This document shows, piece after piece, positions 42,932 to 55,661 of a stretch of DNA of 64,000 nt. Position 1 is the stretch's first letter, and every line of letters starts with the position of its first letter. The position numbers were made by a program, and so were the translations under genes. The DNA lies in NCBI GenBank assembly GCA_964035575.1, contig OZ037838.1, positions 1,736,001-1,800,000 on the forward strand, in the 5' to 3' direction. Below the pieces are notes generated by a model. That model worked only from the letters and a program-made list of their open reading frames with translations, had not been told where the DNA came from and did no database searches. This DNA is from Rhynchopus sp. YZ270_cl-10 (lineage: Eukaryota).

Positions 42932-45900
42932 AAAGGTGGGGGGGATAAGGCATTTTTTTAAAAAATGCAAAAAAAAATATTGGGGTGTGTTCGTCTTTCC
43001 AAATTTTCTTGATATTTATGTAAAAAGGGGTATTTTTTTGTCATGCAAGGTCTACAGGTGTTTTGTTATTTTATTTTATTTTTCACTCACTATATGTTAG
43101 GTGTGTGTGCTTGAAAGTTGCTTTCGAAAAAGCAAATTTAAAAAAAACAGCACTTCCGAAGAGCTGAACATTAAACCAAGGACCGGTGGGTGTGGACAAT
43201 GTTTTTAGCACTTTTTTTTTTATTTGGTGCTTGCCTTGGGTCAGCCGTGATCACGGGAACAACTCCAAAAATTGAGAGTGCTCAAAATTGTCACCAAAAT
43301 CATCTTAACGCCAATATGTGTTAACCATTGCATCATTAAAATGGCTATTTTTTTTTTGTGGGTGCCCTATCCATGGGTGTTTGTCTCGATCTTTATTGTG
43401 ACTCTCTGGTTCGTATACGGCTTTGCCATTACGGATTAGTGATCTGCTGTTTTGTTATGGGACAGGACCTGCAAGATAAGGGAGGGGTAAGGGGGTGGGA
43501 GTGGGATGGGATGGTTTCCAGAGTAAATGGTGTTTTACGTTGCGTATTTTTACCCACTAGAGCACATCAGATCCGCACAATACAAGCGTACGTGATGATG
43601 CTTTTAAAAGAGAAAATACATCAAAAATAAACGATACAGCCATCACTCTAGGGAACTGAGCGGGTCATAATTTTCATTGGCATTTGTTGCTTTTTTTATT
43701 TCGAAAGCGAATTTTTTTTAAAAAATGAACTGTTTTTTATGGCTTCATCTTTCTAGATGTGTGTATGTGTGCACGAACGGAACCGTCATATTTCAAGCTT
43801 ATTTGGGGGGAAATCGCGATAACACGAGGACTTTTTTTTTCGCGATACTACGGTGCGATACCACAAAAAAAAAAATGCGTGTTGTCGCAATTTGCCCAGC
43901 TTTTTTTTTTGTTTTTTTTTTGTTTGTCTTCTGTTTTTTTTATTGTGTCTCCGTTTCATATTGGTTTTCATTGTTTGCGCTGAATTCAGTTTTTACCGCG
44001 CTTCTTCCTCTCTCCCCTTTAGACGTGTGTACACGATTTCTTCCGAGTTTTTATTTTTGTGTATTTTTTGGGTGCAAAAAAGCTAATGTACCAAGCATAC
44101 AACCACCACAGTGGAAAAACCGAGTGCATGCCAGTGAAATGATTTCTTTGGAGTTCGACAACCCGCGGAGAATCGAGTGCCCCCTGCGTCCACCGGTTTT
44201 CTGGTGGGGGCGTTTGCATTTTCAACTTCTCTTTTTTTCTTTTTTTCTTTTCAAAAAAAATTTTATATGTTCACCGTATCTTACAGCGTAGGCGTGAATA
44301 CCACGTGGTGTTTTTCGGGAGCCGTGACATTTTGTTTATTTTTGTGTTTCAAAAAAAAAAATCTTTCTCCCTTTATTGGTGTGGCTGATGCGAATCACTC
44401 CCTCTTCAGCCACACCATTTTTTCCTTTTCCCTTTTTGAGGTTTCAATTTATTCAGAAGTGACACTTCATTAAATTATACCCCGTATGTGCTGCAAACAC
44501 TCCCTTTCTTTTATTCGTTGCTTGTTAGAGTCATGATCACAAAATAGAGTGTGTATTTTATATATTATTTGGTCACCCCCTCAACCCCATCGTGTGAAAT
44601 TACCAAAAATGAAAAAGCCAAAAAAAGGACGAGGAACAGCTGCGTGGAGGCGCACACGAGAAAAAAAGCGAGGTGTCTACACGTTATCAATTATTCAAAA
44701 AAAAAAAAAAAAAAATCCCAGCTTTTTCATGTCCTTTTGTGAGGCATTTTTTTTTTGTCTGTATGTCAAGCATCCTTTTGTTTTTGTTTCTTGACTGTGT
44801 TTTTTTTTGTTAAGATGACATCGATGTGTGTGCACGAGAGGCGCATTCCTCTTACAAGTTTTCTTTTCCTTTCTCTTTTATTTACTTTTTTATAGTGACT
44901 AAGCACAGAGAGGCTTACGTTCATGTAACCATTTTTCTCTTTTAAAACTGGAAGAGGGGACATCATGCCGGAATACGACGACCTTCAGTAATTCCAAGTT
45001 TTCTAAAAAAAGAAAAAAAAAACTCAAAACATCAGTACATCCCTATCTCCCCATCTGCCCTTACGATATCGTCACCCACCTTGAAAGAAGTTCTTTTTAT
45101 TTTGTGAGCATTTTTTTTTTCGGCATTTTGTTGTTGCAGTGTTGCTCCAATAATAAATAAACTTCTTTCAAGTCAGGAAAGTGTAGCTTTTTTTTGCACA
45201 AGGTGGCTTACTACACTGTTCCAAATTTATCAAAAAAAAGGCTTTATTTTTGTTTTTATTCTGTTTTTTTTTCATATTCCACTTTATTCACACAGGGGGG
45301 TGTTCTTAGTGAAGATGGGTGTGTTTATCACTCAACGGGTGTCGTATTTTTTCCTAACGTTTCGAGATATCAGATGAACTCAAACAAGATGTAGGACTAC
45401 ATGGTTGGGGTCCAGGTCATATGGACCAAGGTACTGTCACGAGAGGGCTTTTTATTTCAAGTCAAAGCTTCTTTTTTCCTGATACCATCAAAAAAAGAGC
45501 CTCCACTTTTGCATTATTTTATACTAACAGTGAATTGTGGTCAGTAAGCCCCAGGGGTTCTTCCGGGTTCACACCCATGGGTTTCCCGACCCCGCTGGCC
45601 ACACCAAGAAAGTGGAGATTGCACGAACTGTGGCAACACAACCGAGGCAACTACACTACTCCAACAGTTTATCAAAAAATAAAAGCAATAATTTAACCAA
45701 CGCGTATACACACCGAGCTACCCCTGTAGCTATGTCAGTTCCCTCTCCGTTGTCCCCCATTTTTGCATTTTGTATTTCCCCCCCCAGGCATGCCGCAAAG
45801 TGTCTAGAGGGACCAAATAAGAGAACGAAATATAAGAAGGACAGACTCTGAACAGGAAAGAAGGAATCCTTTTTGTGTTGGGGTTTGCTTAACCGCAACC

Positions 45901-47554
45901 CCCACCGGGAAAACGCGTGAATCCGCGTTTTTCGCTCAGTTACAGTTTTCAGATGTAAACCTCGAAATGGTTGGATCTAGGACTATGATTGGGGTCCACC
46001 CCGGGTACACCGGGCATGCATCAAGGTACGCTGTCAACGAGAGGGCTTTGGATTTCAAGTCAATTTTTTTTTTCTTTGTTCTGTCCTTTTCCCCCCTTTG
46101 AATTTTTGCTTCTCTTCTTGCATAGCTTTGCAACAGTCAGTCGACCCTTTATTTTAAAAATATTGAACAAAAATGGGGGAGAAAAAATGGAGTTGTTTCA
46201 CAGAAGTGGTCACTACATATTTCCAACAAATTTAAGACAAAAACAATAAGTACTAACGAAACACAAGGGGAGCGTTTTTTTCCTCTTCCCCGAGACCGAA
46301 AAAGTAATGTGTTTTTTTATGATAATTTTTTTTTTTTTGGATTCCCCGTTTGGGGTATTTTCCAAAAAAAAAAACAACTGACAAATGCGTGTTGTGTGTT
46401 GCCCATTTTAAATCTCATTGTCTAATCTGCTTCCAGCACATCCCCTGCAGCTCTGAAGTTGAGGCGGTATGCTTGTTCAGGTGTGTCTTCCCCGTGTGCT
46501 GTCTTTTTAAAAACCCTGGGTGTTGTGTTATGTCTTTCATATTTTCAAAAAAAAAAATGATTTTTTTTTGAAAACTTAATTTGTGCAGTGTTAACCACCC
46601 TAAGGGATGTGTGGTTCACTCCAGTTTTATTTTTTTTTGTTTATTCTTTTGCTTTTTGTTTTTAAATTTTTTTTTGAGAAATAAACCATCAGGTTACTCA
46701 GACTACTAATATTGGTACAGCGAAAAAAACCTGGTTCAGCGTGCATTTTAAAAAAAAAGTGACAAGGTTTTCAACTAAATGTTGGATGCAACGTTCTGAA
46801 CGAAATAAATGGTCAAAACGAACAGACTAAACAAACAACAGTCGACCACATTATGCCATCCCCCCCTGTTTCCCCTCAACGCGAAACCTCTCCCTCTCTC
46901 TCTCTCTCCGGAATGTCAAGCCTCATTCCTTAATATAGTGGCGAACTGTGCGTTGTGCACATTTCTTTTGTTCATTGTGGAGGGGCGCTTTCAATGGAAG
47001 GAGAACAAAAGCATGCATGAGATATCATTTTTTTCTCTTTTTGCCACAAAAAAAAAAGCAAAAAATAATGCATTAATTGGTGTGACTGAAGGGGGACTTT
47101 TTCCGCATTTTTCCGCCCCATTTCAGCCACACCATTAATTCACCCTTCTTGTAAAAAACAATCAGATTGTGCATCAACTTACGCTGTGTGAGGGATATGG
47201 GAGAGTTATCAGAGGGTGTGTTAAGGAATTCCCCCTCTCTTTGTCCAGAGTTTTTTTTTTCTCAAGGTGACTCTTCTCAGCGACAGGAGGGCGTTGAGGC
47301 ATCTTATAAAACTAAGTTTAACTTGTCTTTTTTTTTCTATGATTCTGTTGAGGTTGAAAGTTTTGCCAGCAGAAGAAGAAAAATAAAATAAAATAAAATA
47401 GCTGGTCAAAAAAAAAAACATCCCCTCCTCCCTCCCTCTCCCTCTCGCACTATATACTTCATCATACATTTTGTGGTGTGTATGCCTGCTGAGGCATATT
47501 CATCCGACGAGTTTTCTGTTTTCTCTTGAAGTACGTATTTTTCAAAACGCCTTT

Positions 47555-47912
47555 TAGGCTAGTTGACGTAAGCAATATGTGGGTTTTGGGAGGGTTTGGG
47601 AGCAGTTCAAGGTTAGGTGACAGTCCAAAAAACCCTAAAAAGCAGGTTTTCACCTGAACTGTGCCTAGGGCCATGCTAGGAACACATGTTCGGGCTACGT
47701 GTACACAACCTGCACTGCGTTCGTTTTCAGTTGTGGTCCAAATACATAACACCCGGCCCCGGTTAGCAGTTCTTACGATTCGTACGCAAAAGAGAGCAAC
47801 TCCCACACCGTGTGAGGGGAGGGATTGTTGGGATTGTTCGAGGGGGTTTGGGACACGATTCCCACAAAAACAGACAAACTTCCTAAACCTACGCCTCACG
47901 TCAACTAGCCTA
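47555..47912. mobile_element. Putative MITE
   Basis: 15-bp inverted ends TAGGCTAGTTGACGT / ACGTCAACTAGCCTA; a second small inverted-repeat unit follows at ~47920-48075. Confidence 0.55.
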
Positions 47913-49422
47913 TTTTTTTTTGGCGTCCGTTGCTTAATTTTACACAATTTTAATCAAAATACGACCTGATTTTGCCTCTTGGTGAAGTTTAGTGGAGAGT
48001 TTGGTGATATTTAAACCAAACTCCAGTAAAAATCAGGTGGAAAAAGAGTAAAATTAAGCAAACGAGAGGCCAAAACCACGAAATCGTTTTCAGGTCCACT
48101 CTGTGTTCTGGTCACGCCACCGAAGGTCATCTGTCATGAGAGAACTTTTGCATACACTCGCTTCTAGGTGCAGGTCACATTTTTTTCGGGACTTTTGGGG
48201 TTTGAAAAAAAGGATGGATGCGATCAACAAACAACAAACAACGAATAAACAAAGAAGGGGGGGTATTTCATTTTTGCATTATACATTCTTCAAGGAGACC
48301 CTTTCGTGTTATTTGTGTGGTGGAAAAGTGTATCGATTTCATTGTCCTCTTTTTACTTTATAATTATTTTAGAAATTTGCAAATGTGGACAAAAATAAAA
48401 GTACAATTTGTAACAAACGGAAGGCCGATTTTAATGGCCTTCCCAAAAAAGCGCGCATTTTAGATGTTAACCTCGAAATGGCTGTAGGTGGGGTCCCCCC
48501 GGGCGCACCGGTCACGCACCACAATGTGCACTGTCGCGAGAGGGCCGTTGTATTTCAATGCAACTTTTACTGCCGTTGTTTCTTTCTTTTTCCTCAGTGC
48601 CTGTGGTTCCACCTCGCTGTCCCTGTCGGATGTGTTTTTCCACTGTCAACGTGATTGTCGACAACAAAGGAGGGCTGACTGTTAGAAGGTGAAAAAAAAA
48701 GGCAGGGAAGCGTTCCACTATTCTACCTGTCTCCCGTTTTTCCGTTTTTCGTGCTTTTTTTTTTTGCCTCTCCTTTCAGAATCAACAGAGTCTGCTGTAA
48801 TATTATAAGATTTTCAAAAAAAAGCGCAAAAAAACAAAAAAAGCAACTTTTCTTGCAAAGCCTTGAAAGGGGAGCGTTATGGTGCGCTAGGCAACATCAA
48901 CAGGTGGCAGGGGTAAGGGGGAGATGTGAGTCACTGTGCTATTATAAATATTTTGTCCAATGTATTCATGGACCAATATATATATTTTTTTACGGAGAAC
49001 CGAGTGTCTGCGTTTCCGCCGGTGTACGGTAAGGCGTTTTGCACTTTCAACTTCTCTTTTTTTGTTTTTTTTTCAAAAGCACAGATGGGTGAAGGGACGA
49101 TAAAACACCCCCCCAAAAAAAACGGTGGATCGACACCTTTTTACTGCGCAGCTCGTGTTGGGGTGTACCTATGCCATCATTTTTTGAGGACCTGACACCT
49201 CATACTTTCTCTCCTACTGTCCCCGTCTCCCCTTCATAAGAACAATCAAGCTACAATCCAGGCTTTTTTTCTGGTTTTTTTTATCATAATTTGTGTTTTA
49301 TTTTGTGCAAAAATAAAAATAGCCTTTCTTGCCCTCATTTCTCCAATTTTCCCGCTGATTTTGGTAGTCCCACCCACCTTCATTCAAATCCCTTAGACAA
49401 AAAAAACCTCATTTTTTCCACA

Positions 49423-50808
49423 ATGCAAAAACGTGCCCTGAGTTCGACTGCGACGAAGCAGGCTGTGAACACCATTAGCAGCACCCACAGTGCGTCTTGC
49501 GGATGTGGGAAGTGTGGGTCGGGTGGTTTGCGTGTTGCTGCACGGCACTTGACTGAGAAGAGCCGGGCTGGGAACCGTGGTGTTGTCTTCATGGGACCGA
49601 ACGAAGTTGAGGTGAAGGGCATCCCCGATCCGCAGCTTGCTCTGGACAGCATGAACTCCCCTGTGCACTCTGAACGTCAGAAGCGGAAGTGCGAGCACGG
49701 CGTCATCCTCAAGGTTGTCACAACGAACATCTGCGGCTCCGACCAACACATGGTGCGCGGCAGAACGTCACTCCCGGGAGGCCACATGGTGCTGGGCCAC
49801 GAGATCACTGGGGAGGTGATTGAGACTGGGTCGGACGTAGAGTTCATTAAGAAGGGTGATTTGTGTTCGGTTCCGTTCAACATTGCTTGCGGACGTTGCG
49901 ATGCATGCAAACGCGGCGACACTGGCGTCTGCCTCACCACCAACCCTGCCCGCCCTGGCGCTGCATACGGCTATGTAGACATGGGCGGCTGGATTGGTGG
50001 TCAATCTGAATACGTCATGGTCCCCTATGCAGACTTCAACCTCCTCAAATTCCCCGACAAAGACCAGGCCATGGAGAAGATCGAAGACCTAACACTTCTG
50101 TCAGACATTCTCCCAACCGGCTACCACGGTGCTGTCACTGCAGGCGTCAAACCTGGTTCCACAGTCTACGTAGCTGGGGCAGGCCCCGTTGGGCTTGCTT
50201 GCGCTGCGTCCTGCCATCTCCTCGGAGCAGCCTGCGTCATCGTTGGCGATCTCATCCCCGAACGCCTCGCCCAAGCCAGGTCCTTTGGATGTGAGACGAT
50301 CGACCTCCGCACAGAAGGGTCTCTTGAGGACCACATTGCGCAGATCATTCCTGGGTCAAATGGATTGGTTGATGCCGCAGTCGACTGTGTTGGGTTTGAG
50401 GCGCGTGGTTCTGGAGGATCGTCGACGACGGAGAAGCCCGCTCAGGTTTTGAACGATTGTATGACCATTGTCCGTGAAGGTGGGGGTATCGGCATTCCTG
50501 GTCTGTACGTGACGGAGGACCCGGGTGGTGTGGATGAGGCTGCGAAGGTTGGTGCGTTGTCTCTGCGTCTGGGCTTCGGGTGGTCCAAATCGCAGCATTT
50601 CTACACCGGGCAGTGTCCAGTGATGAAGTACCACAAACAGTTGATGAACGCAATCCTGTTCGATAAAATCAACATCGCAAAGGCGGTGAATGTGCAAGTG
50701 ATCTCGCTAGACGACGCACCAAAGGGGTACGCCGACTTTGACTCTGGAGTCGCGAAGAAGTTCGTCATCGACCCTCATGGCATGACAGGGAGGGTTACTG
50801 CTATGTGA
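49423..50808 (+). CDS. fdhA: Glutathione-independent formaldehyde dehydrogenase (Zn-MDR family) with N-terminal extension
   Basis: GNRGVVF.G, HGVILKVVTTNICGSDQHMVRGRT, GHEITGEV, CGRCDAC..C, GAAYGYVDMGGWIGGQSEYVMVPYADFNLLK, LSDILPTGYHGA and KKFVIDPH follow the Pseudomonas FdhA pattern. Confidence 0.93.
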   Translation: MQKRALSSTATKQAVNTISSTHSASCGCGKCGSGGLRVAARHLTEKSRAGNRGVVFMGPNEVEVKGIPDPQLALDSMNSPVHSERQKRKCEHGVILKVVTTNICGSDQHMVRGRTSLPGGHMVLGHEITGEVIETGSDVEFIKKGDLCSVPFNIACGRCDACKRGDTGVCLTTNPARPGAAYGYVDMGGWIGGQSEYVMVPYADFNLLKFPDKDQAMEKIEDLTLLSDILPTGYHGAVTAGVKPGSTVYVAGAGPVGLACAASCHLLGAACVIVGDLIPERLAQARSFGCETIDLRTEGSLEDHIAQIIPGSNGLVDAAVDCVGFEARGSGGSSTTEKPAQVLNDCMTIVREGGGIGIPGLYVTEDPGGVDEAAKVGALSLRLGFGWSKSQHFYTGQCPVMKYHKQLMNAILFDKINIAKAVNVQVISLDDAPKGYADFDSGVAKKFVIDPHGMTGRVTAM

Positions 50809-52464
50809 GCAAAATAAAAGTAAAACATAATTTTAATGAAAAAAAAATATGGTGTAGCGTTGATGGTGCAAACGTGATTTGATTTTTATTTTTTTTTACC
50901 TCTTCTTGAAAGTCATTGCTTCGTATGTGTGCACCGTGCCCCCACCTGTTTCCCACCTCCCCTCCGCTGTTTTGTTTTAACACTTTTTATAAATTCAAAG
51001 ATTTTTCTTATTCTCTCCCACGCCCCCAGGTTCGTTCCCACTACGGAACCAAAATCTAAATTATTGTGCGGTCAGCAGTCCACAACCAGTGCGTGAACCA
51101 CAGGAGAACCCTTGGGGAACTTGGGTTGCTGACCACACCATTCAACGTGCATTTTCTTCTTTGTTTTGTGTTAGGTGTCGACAATTCCTCAGGACCATCC
51201 GACGGAATATTACCCAGTTTTGTTTTCTTTTGTGTGCTTGTGTCTACATGTATGTGACCTCCTTTACTATTGTTAACAAACCCCTCAAGTGTCGTCTCCA
51301 TCGTCTTTTTTTTTGATTTTTTTTTCCGATTTTTTTTTCCTCTCTCCCTTTTGGGGTAATACTGTTCTCAACACAGAGACTCTTTTTCTCCTTCTTCCTT
51401 TTATGGATGATATGTGGGAAATGAAATACCCCCACTTTGCCTAGAATCCTTGGGAATCCTTGGAGTTTTAGTTTTGGGATTCCCTCCTTGCGCTCATTTT
51501 CCCAACCATTTTTTATAAAGGTGACTAAGAGTAGAGTAGATTCATCTTACAAAATAGTTCTTTGCAAGCTCCCCAAAGCACAACGTTTTAAACATTTTCT
51601 TTTTTAAAAAAAGCACAAAAAAATATAGTGGAGCACACTCTAGGGTGGCTACACTAATACAACCAAATTTTCAAAAAAAAACAAAAATGATACAAAAAAA
51701 TTTTAAACGGTGTAAAATTACATCATTGATGAATCGAAACACTCCGCGAGCATATATCTTTTTTGTGGAGTATCTCGGGAGGTCCGACCACCCCATCATC
51801 GCCCGACCCCCTACTGAGATGGTTTTATATGACTGCTTACGGTGTTCTCTGTCAGCAATCTCATACCATGCAACACTTCCTCCCGAAAAATTCTATAACT
51901 CGATGACCGGAGTGTCAGTGCCTGCGTCCCAGAGACATTTGCACTATCAACTCTTCATCTTTCTTTTTTTAAAGACAAACTTCAACGGCGGATTTCCTAT
52001 GTAACATATAACGACCAAAATAAAAACCCCGTTTGTCTTTTAGTTGGTACGCTGCCCACGTCATACGCGGGGCGATCAAAACAAAATATCCTCTTTACTA
52101 GGGTTAAGGACGATCTGCGTCTACACCTTCTGTACAAAAGGCTTTCGGCCGATATTGGGTAAAGTTGTTTTGTTGATTCAAAAAAAAAAAGTTCTTTTCC
52201 CTTTTGTCAGGGTTCTAGCTCAGAAGAAAAAAAAAAGAAACGGAAAAGGTGGCTCAAAAATTTTTTTCTGCGCTTCGCGCGCAGGGATTACGCAGCTCCC
52301 CCAAAAATAAAAAAAGTACGTATGGATTTTCAACACGTACAATTCTAAGCAAAAACAATTAAAAACCGCGCGCGCTTCGCGCGCGCTCTCCCTGGCAAAG
52401 TTGGTTGAGAAGGGTTGTGAAAGTTCGAAGAACTGGAGAAATCATCAGTCATGGCATCCAAATG

Positions 52465-52635
52465 TTCCTGGCGAAGCCACGGTACGCAACATTTTTAAAA
52501 AATCTTGACATAAAATGGCACTTTCGTTGGTAACTATGGTCCAGTTCCGTAAACTTTGCTTCCATGTTTTGCTAAAACGAAAGTTTCTGGCGAAGCCACG
52601 GTACGCAACATTTCTAAAAATTGCGCTTAAAATTG
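52465..52635 (-). repeat. Inverted copy of the internal tandem unit of the hAT elements
   Basis: CTGGCGAAGCCACGGTACGCAACATTT x2 is the reverse complement of the unit at 32850-33115. Confidence 0.8.
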
Positions 52636-53187
52636 CCTATTATGTCATGGGAAGGGTGTATTGCAATCTAGCGCCGCAGGCGCACGGTACGCTACTTTTT
52701 TCTTTCGCCATGCTGCATGCTCCTTTTCCGGTAAAATAGAAAATTGTCTCCTACAAATAGAATTCTGTAGGGGGTAGGTGAGAGGTGGGGGCGGAGCCCC
52801 ACTCCTCACCTACCCCACCCCAGCCCCAATCCAAAACCCAAATTACCTACGTATGGACACGTATGGATTCCACCTTTTCAAAAACAATTCACGTATGGAT
52901 TTCCATACGTTCCACACGTGGAGCGTAATCCCTGTTCGCGCGGAAAAATTGACCACGCCAAGTCGCTGTTTTTAACAGCAAAGGGGACTGGCTGACGACA
53001 CTGAGGACCTCCTTGGCCAACCGGTTTTTTGCACCGTGTAAAAAAAACCCAAAAAAAAAAAAAAAAACAACGGAAAAGGTGGGCCACCTTTTCCGTTCTA
53101 CTGAGCTAGGACCCTGCTTTTGTAATTTCGGTCCTTCTCATACAATATGCACCTCCTCTACAGCATTGTTTCTATTTGTGTGTCACT

Positions 53188-54123
53188 ATGTCTCTCAAAC
53201 TGTTCAAAACCATGTGGGGTGTCCCCGAAATCGCTGACGCCGAGAAGCGCCCTGAGATGTTGAAGAGGGTCGTTGCCGATGGTTTTATTGGGATTGAAAT
53301 GTCGAGCTTTTCGTATCTGATTCCTGGTGTTGTGGACGATGTGAAGGCGGCGGGGCTGCAGATTGTTGCGCAGGCACACACCAGTTCCATCCGCGATGCG
53401 CCAGATGGGTTTTACAAATACATGGGTGCATGGGAGGTGCAGACTCACCTTGACTCGCTTCGCAGCACTGCGCTTGAGGCAAAGGAAATGGGTGCCATCG
53501 CGCTCAACTCGCACAGTGGTGTTGACGGTTGGAGTGTCGACCAGGCGCGCAGCTTCCTTCGTGGCGCGCTTCTTGTTGAGTCTGAGGTTGTCATCCCTAT
53601 TTTTCATGAAACCCACAGACGCCGTCTGTTTTGGAACCCTTTTCAGACCCGCGACATCTTGCAGGGGCAGGAGGACCTGGCGGGGATAAAGCTGAACTCT
53701 GACATCTCTCATTGGGTTGTCTGTTTGGAGCGGCCGTTTGCGACGCAGGCGTCGTTTCAGGACAACAGTGACCAGGTGGACCCATGGTGGCCTGAGGTGT
53801 TGGCGCTCCTCAAGAAGCACTGCTGCATGATCCACGCCAGGGTCGGCTATGCAGAAGGCCCGCAGGTCCCCAACCCTGCCGCTGAGGAGTACGAAGGCGT
53901 GCTGGCGTCGCACTTCTACTACTGGGAGGAGATCGTCAAGGCCATGGTCGCAAGCAACCGTGACGTCATCATCGAGCCCGAGCACGGCCCCTGGCCATAC
54001 CAGCAAAGCGTGCCAAACACAAAGACTGCACCCACCCATGACATCTGGGAGGCGAACGACTTCATTAAGGAGAAGGTCAAGAAGAACTTCCCAAACTGGG
54101 TCGCCGAAGCAAAAGGGAACTAA
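53188..54123 (+). CDS. Xylose-isomerase-like TIM-barrel protein (sugar phosphate isomerase/epimerase family)
   Basis: FKTMWG, GIE, NSHSG, HETHRRR, DISHW, HARVG..GPQV and EHGPWPY motifs, with metal-ligand spacing typical of this mainly bacterial subfamily. Confidence 0.8.
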   Translation: MSLKLFKTMWGVPEIADAEKRPEMLKRVVADGFIGIEMSSFSYLIPGVVDDVKAAGLQIVAQAHTSSIRDAPDGFYKYMGAWEVQTHLDSLRSTALEAKEMGAIALNSHSGVDGWSVDQARSFLRGALLVESEVVIPIFHETHRRRLFWNPFQTRDILQGQEDLAGIKLNSDISHWVVCLERPFATQASFQDNSDQVDPWWPEVLALLKKHCCMIHARVGYAEGPQVPNPAAEEYEGVLASHFYYWEEIVKAMVASNRDVIIEPEHGPWPYQQSVPNTKTAPTHDIWEANDFIKEKVKKNFPNWVAEAKGN

Positions 54124-54168
54124 AAAAGCGAATTCTCTTAATGGTCACGCAGTTTACGAACCTTCTTC

Positions 54169-55017
54169 TATATGGGTCCGTCCGGAAACCCTCCTGGTAA
54201 GATTCATCCTTTTGGGGTTTTTTGAGGTTTTTCTGCTCAAAACACCCAAACAACCCAATTTTTTGATACCCACCATACACCTACCACCCCAGAGGGCATA
54301 TTTTGGGCATTTATTTTTGTTTATTTCCCCTCCCCCCCTTTTTACTTATATTTTTTTACGTATTTTTTGGAAGAAAAAAACGTGGCAATGACAGCAGTGA
54401 AGTTCACTTTTTTGTCGAGAAACACGGTAAGAATGGGTGCGACGCACACTTGGTGTCGTTTCGAACCCTCTCTCTGATGATTCTTGTTGTCAGGAGATCC
54501 TTACCGTAGGGGTCATTGTCGGTGCCCTGCGCGAGCTTCCCCACACAGAGGCCTTTGTTATCTCATTCCCTCGTACTCATACGTATCAGTGCACCCTTCT
54601 TTCCATCAATCTCTTTTCGTCTGTGTACTGCTGCCCGAGCAACGGTCGTGTCATTTCAGCTAGCGTGTACTCTGACACGGAGGGAACCTGTATTTACTAT
54701 GGAGTCTCCACATCCAAGGTGACCCGCAAAGCAAAAGTCCCTGGCATTGATCCAGTAGATTTGACAGAGGTCAATGAAACCTTGTCAAGGCGGCATGGCA
54801 GGATTAAGAGAAAGAGAGAAGAGATCCAGAAGAACGACAATAAAAGGCTGAAAATCTGATTAAAAAAGCGAAAATATAGCCTCAGACCCCCCCAAAAACC
54901 TATTTTCATATCAGAATATCACCTAGATGCACTTTTTGTGGGGGGCATCATCAAAAAAACCCAAAAATACCCAAAAGGATGAATCTTACCAGAGGGGTTT
55001 CCGGACGAGTCCATATA
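54169..55017. mobile_element. TIR element (~850 bp) with ~55-bp imperfect TIRs and TATA flanks
   Basis: TATATGG..CGTCCGGAAACCC..CTGGTAAGATTCATCCTTTTGGG at the left; its reverse complement at 54961-55017. Confidence 0.75.
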
Positions 55018-55661
55018 TATAACTTAAGTCTAGCCTTTTCGGGTGACGCTGTAGCATAAAATCTACCTCAAAAGCAAAGCGATTTGTCGATACAAACAAT
55101 AATGAATGAAATGGTAATACAAATGAAGGTTCAAGGGAGTGGGGGTGAGGGTGGGGGTGAGGGGGGCAGAGAGCCTTCTCTAAACGTTATTTTTCTTAAT
55201 TTTTTTTGCTTTTTTAGCTCCCTTTTTACTGGGGGGGAGCTATTAAAGTATACGTATACTTTATTCGGCGGGAATTACTGCTTAAATGGCCAAAAAACGA
55301 AAAGGGGGAGAAAAAAAAAATCACTGTTATTTTGGGGTTTCTAGTGGCCGAAACCTCGCGAAAACACCACCATTGACATTTTTGGGCCAATCCCAGCCAG
55401 TGGTGGGGTCAATGTGGAAAAATGAACAATTTTTTGGTGACTTAAATTTTCACAAATCTGAACCCCATCAGGCACCAATCGTGTGAAAACTGATACACGC
55501 GTTTTAGGTCAAAAATACTCATTTTTCAGTGCAAAGTGACCCCATCACAGCACGCACAGAATCCGGACCACCGAAATCAAAAAATTTTTTTTTCGATTTT
55601 TTGTGCAAAAAATGCTGTAAAAAATTTTTAGTAAGAAAAATGTACACAAAAACCGTATACT

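Noticed and set aside
42932..49422. Many short F/K-rich ORFs in the 6.5-kb gap
   Set aside because: They derive from poly-T and poly-A runs and show no coding character.
53158..54039. 293-aa minus-strand ORF
   Set aside because: Antisense shadow of the isomerase-family gene.
49423..54123. Bacterial contamination or chimeric assembly for the two bacterial-like genes
   Set aside because: No operon structure; flanked by the same homopolymer-rich spacers and repeats as the rest of the window; fdhA has a eukaryote-style presequence.
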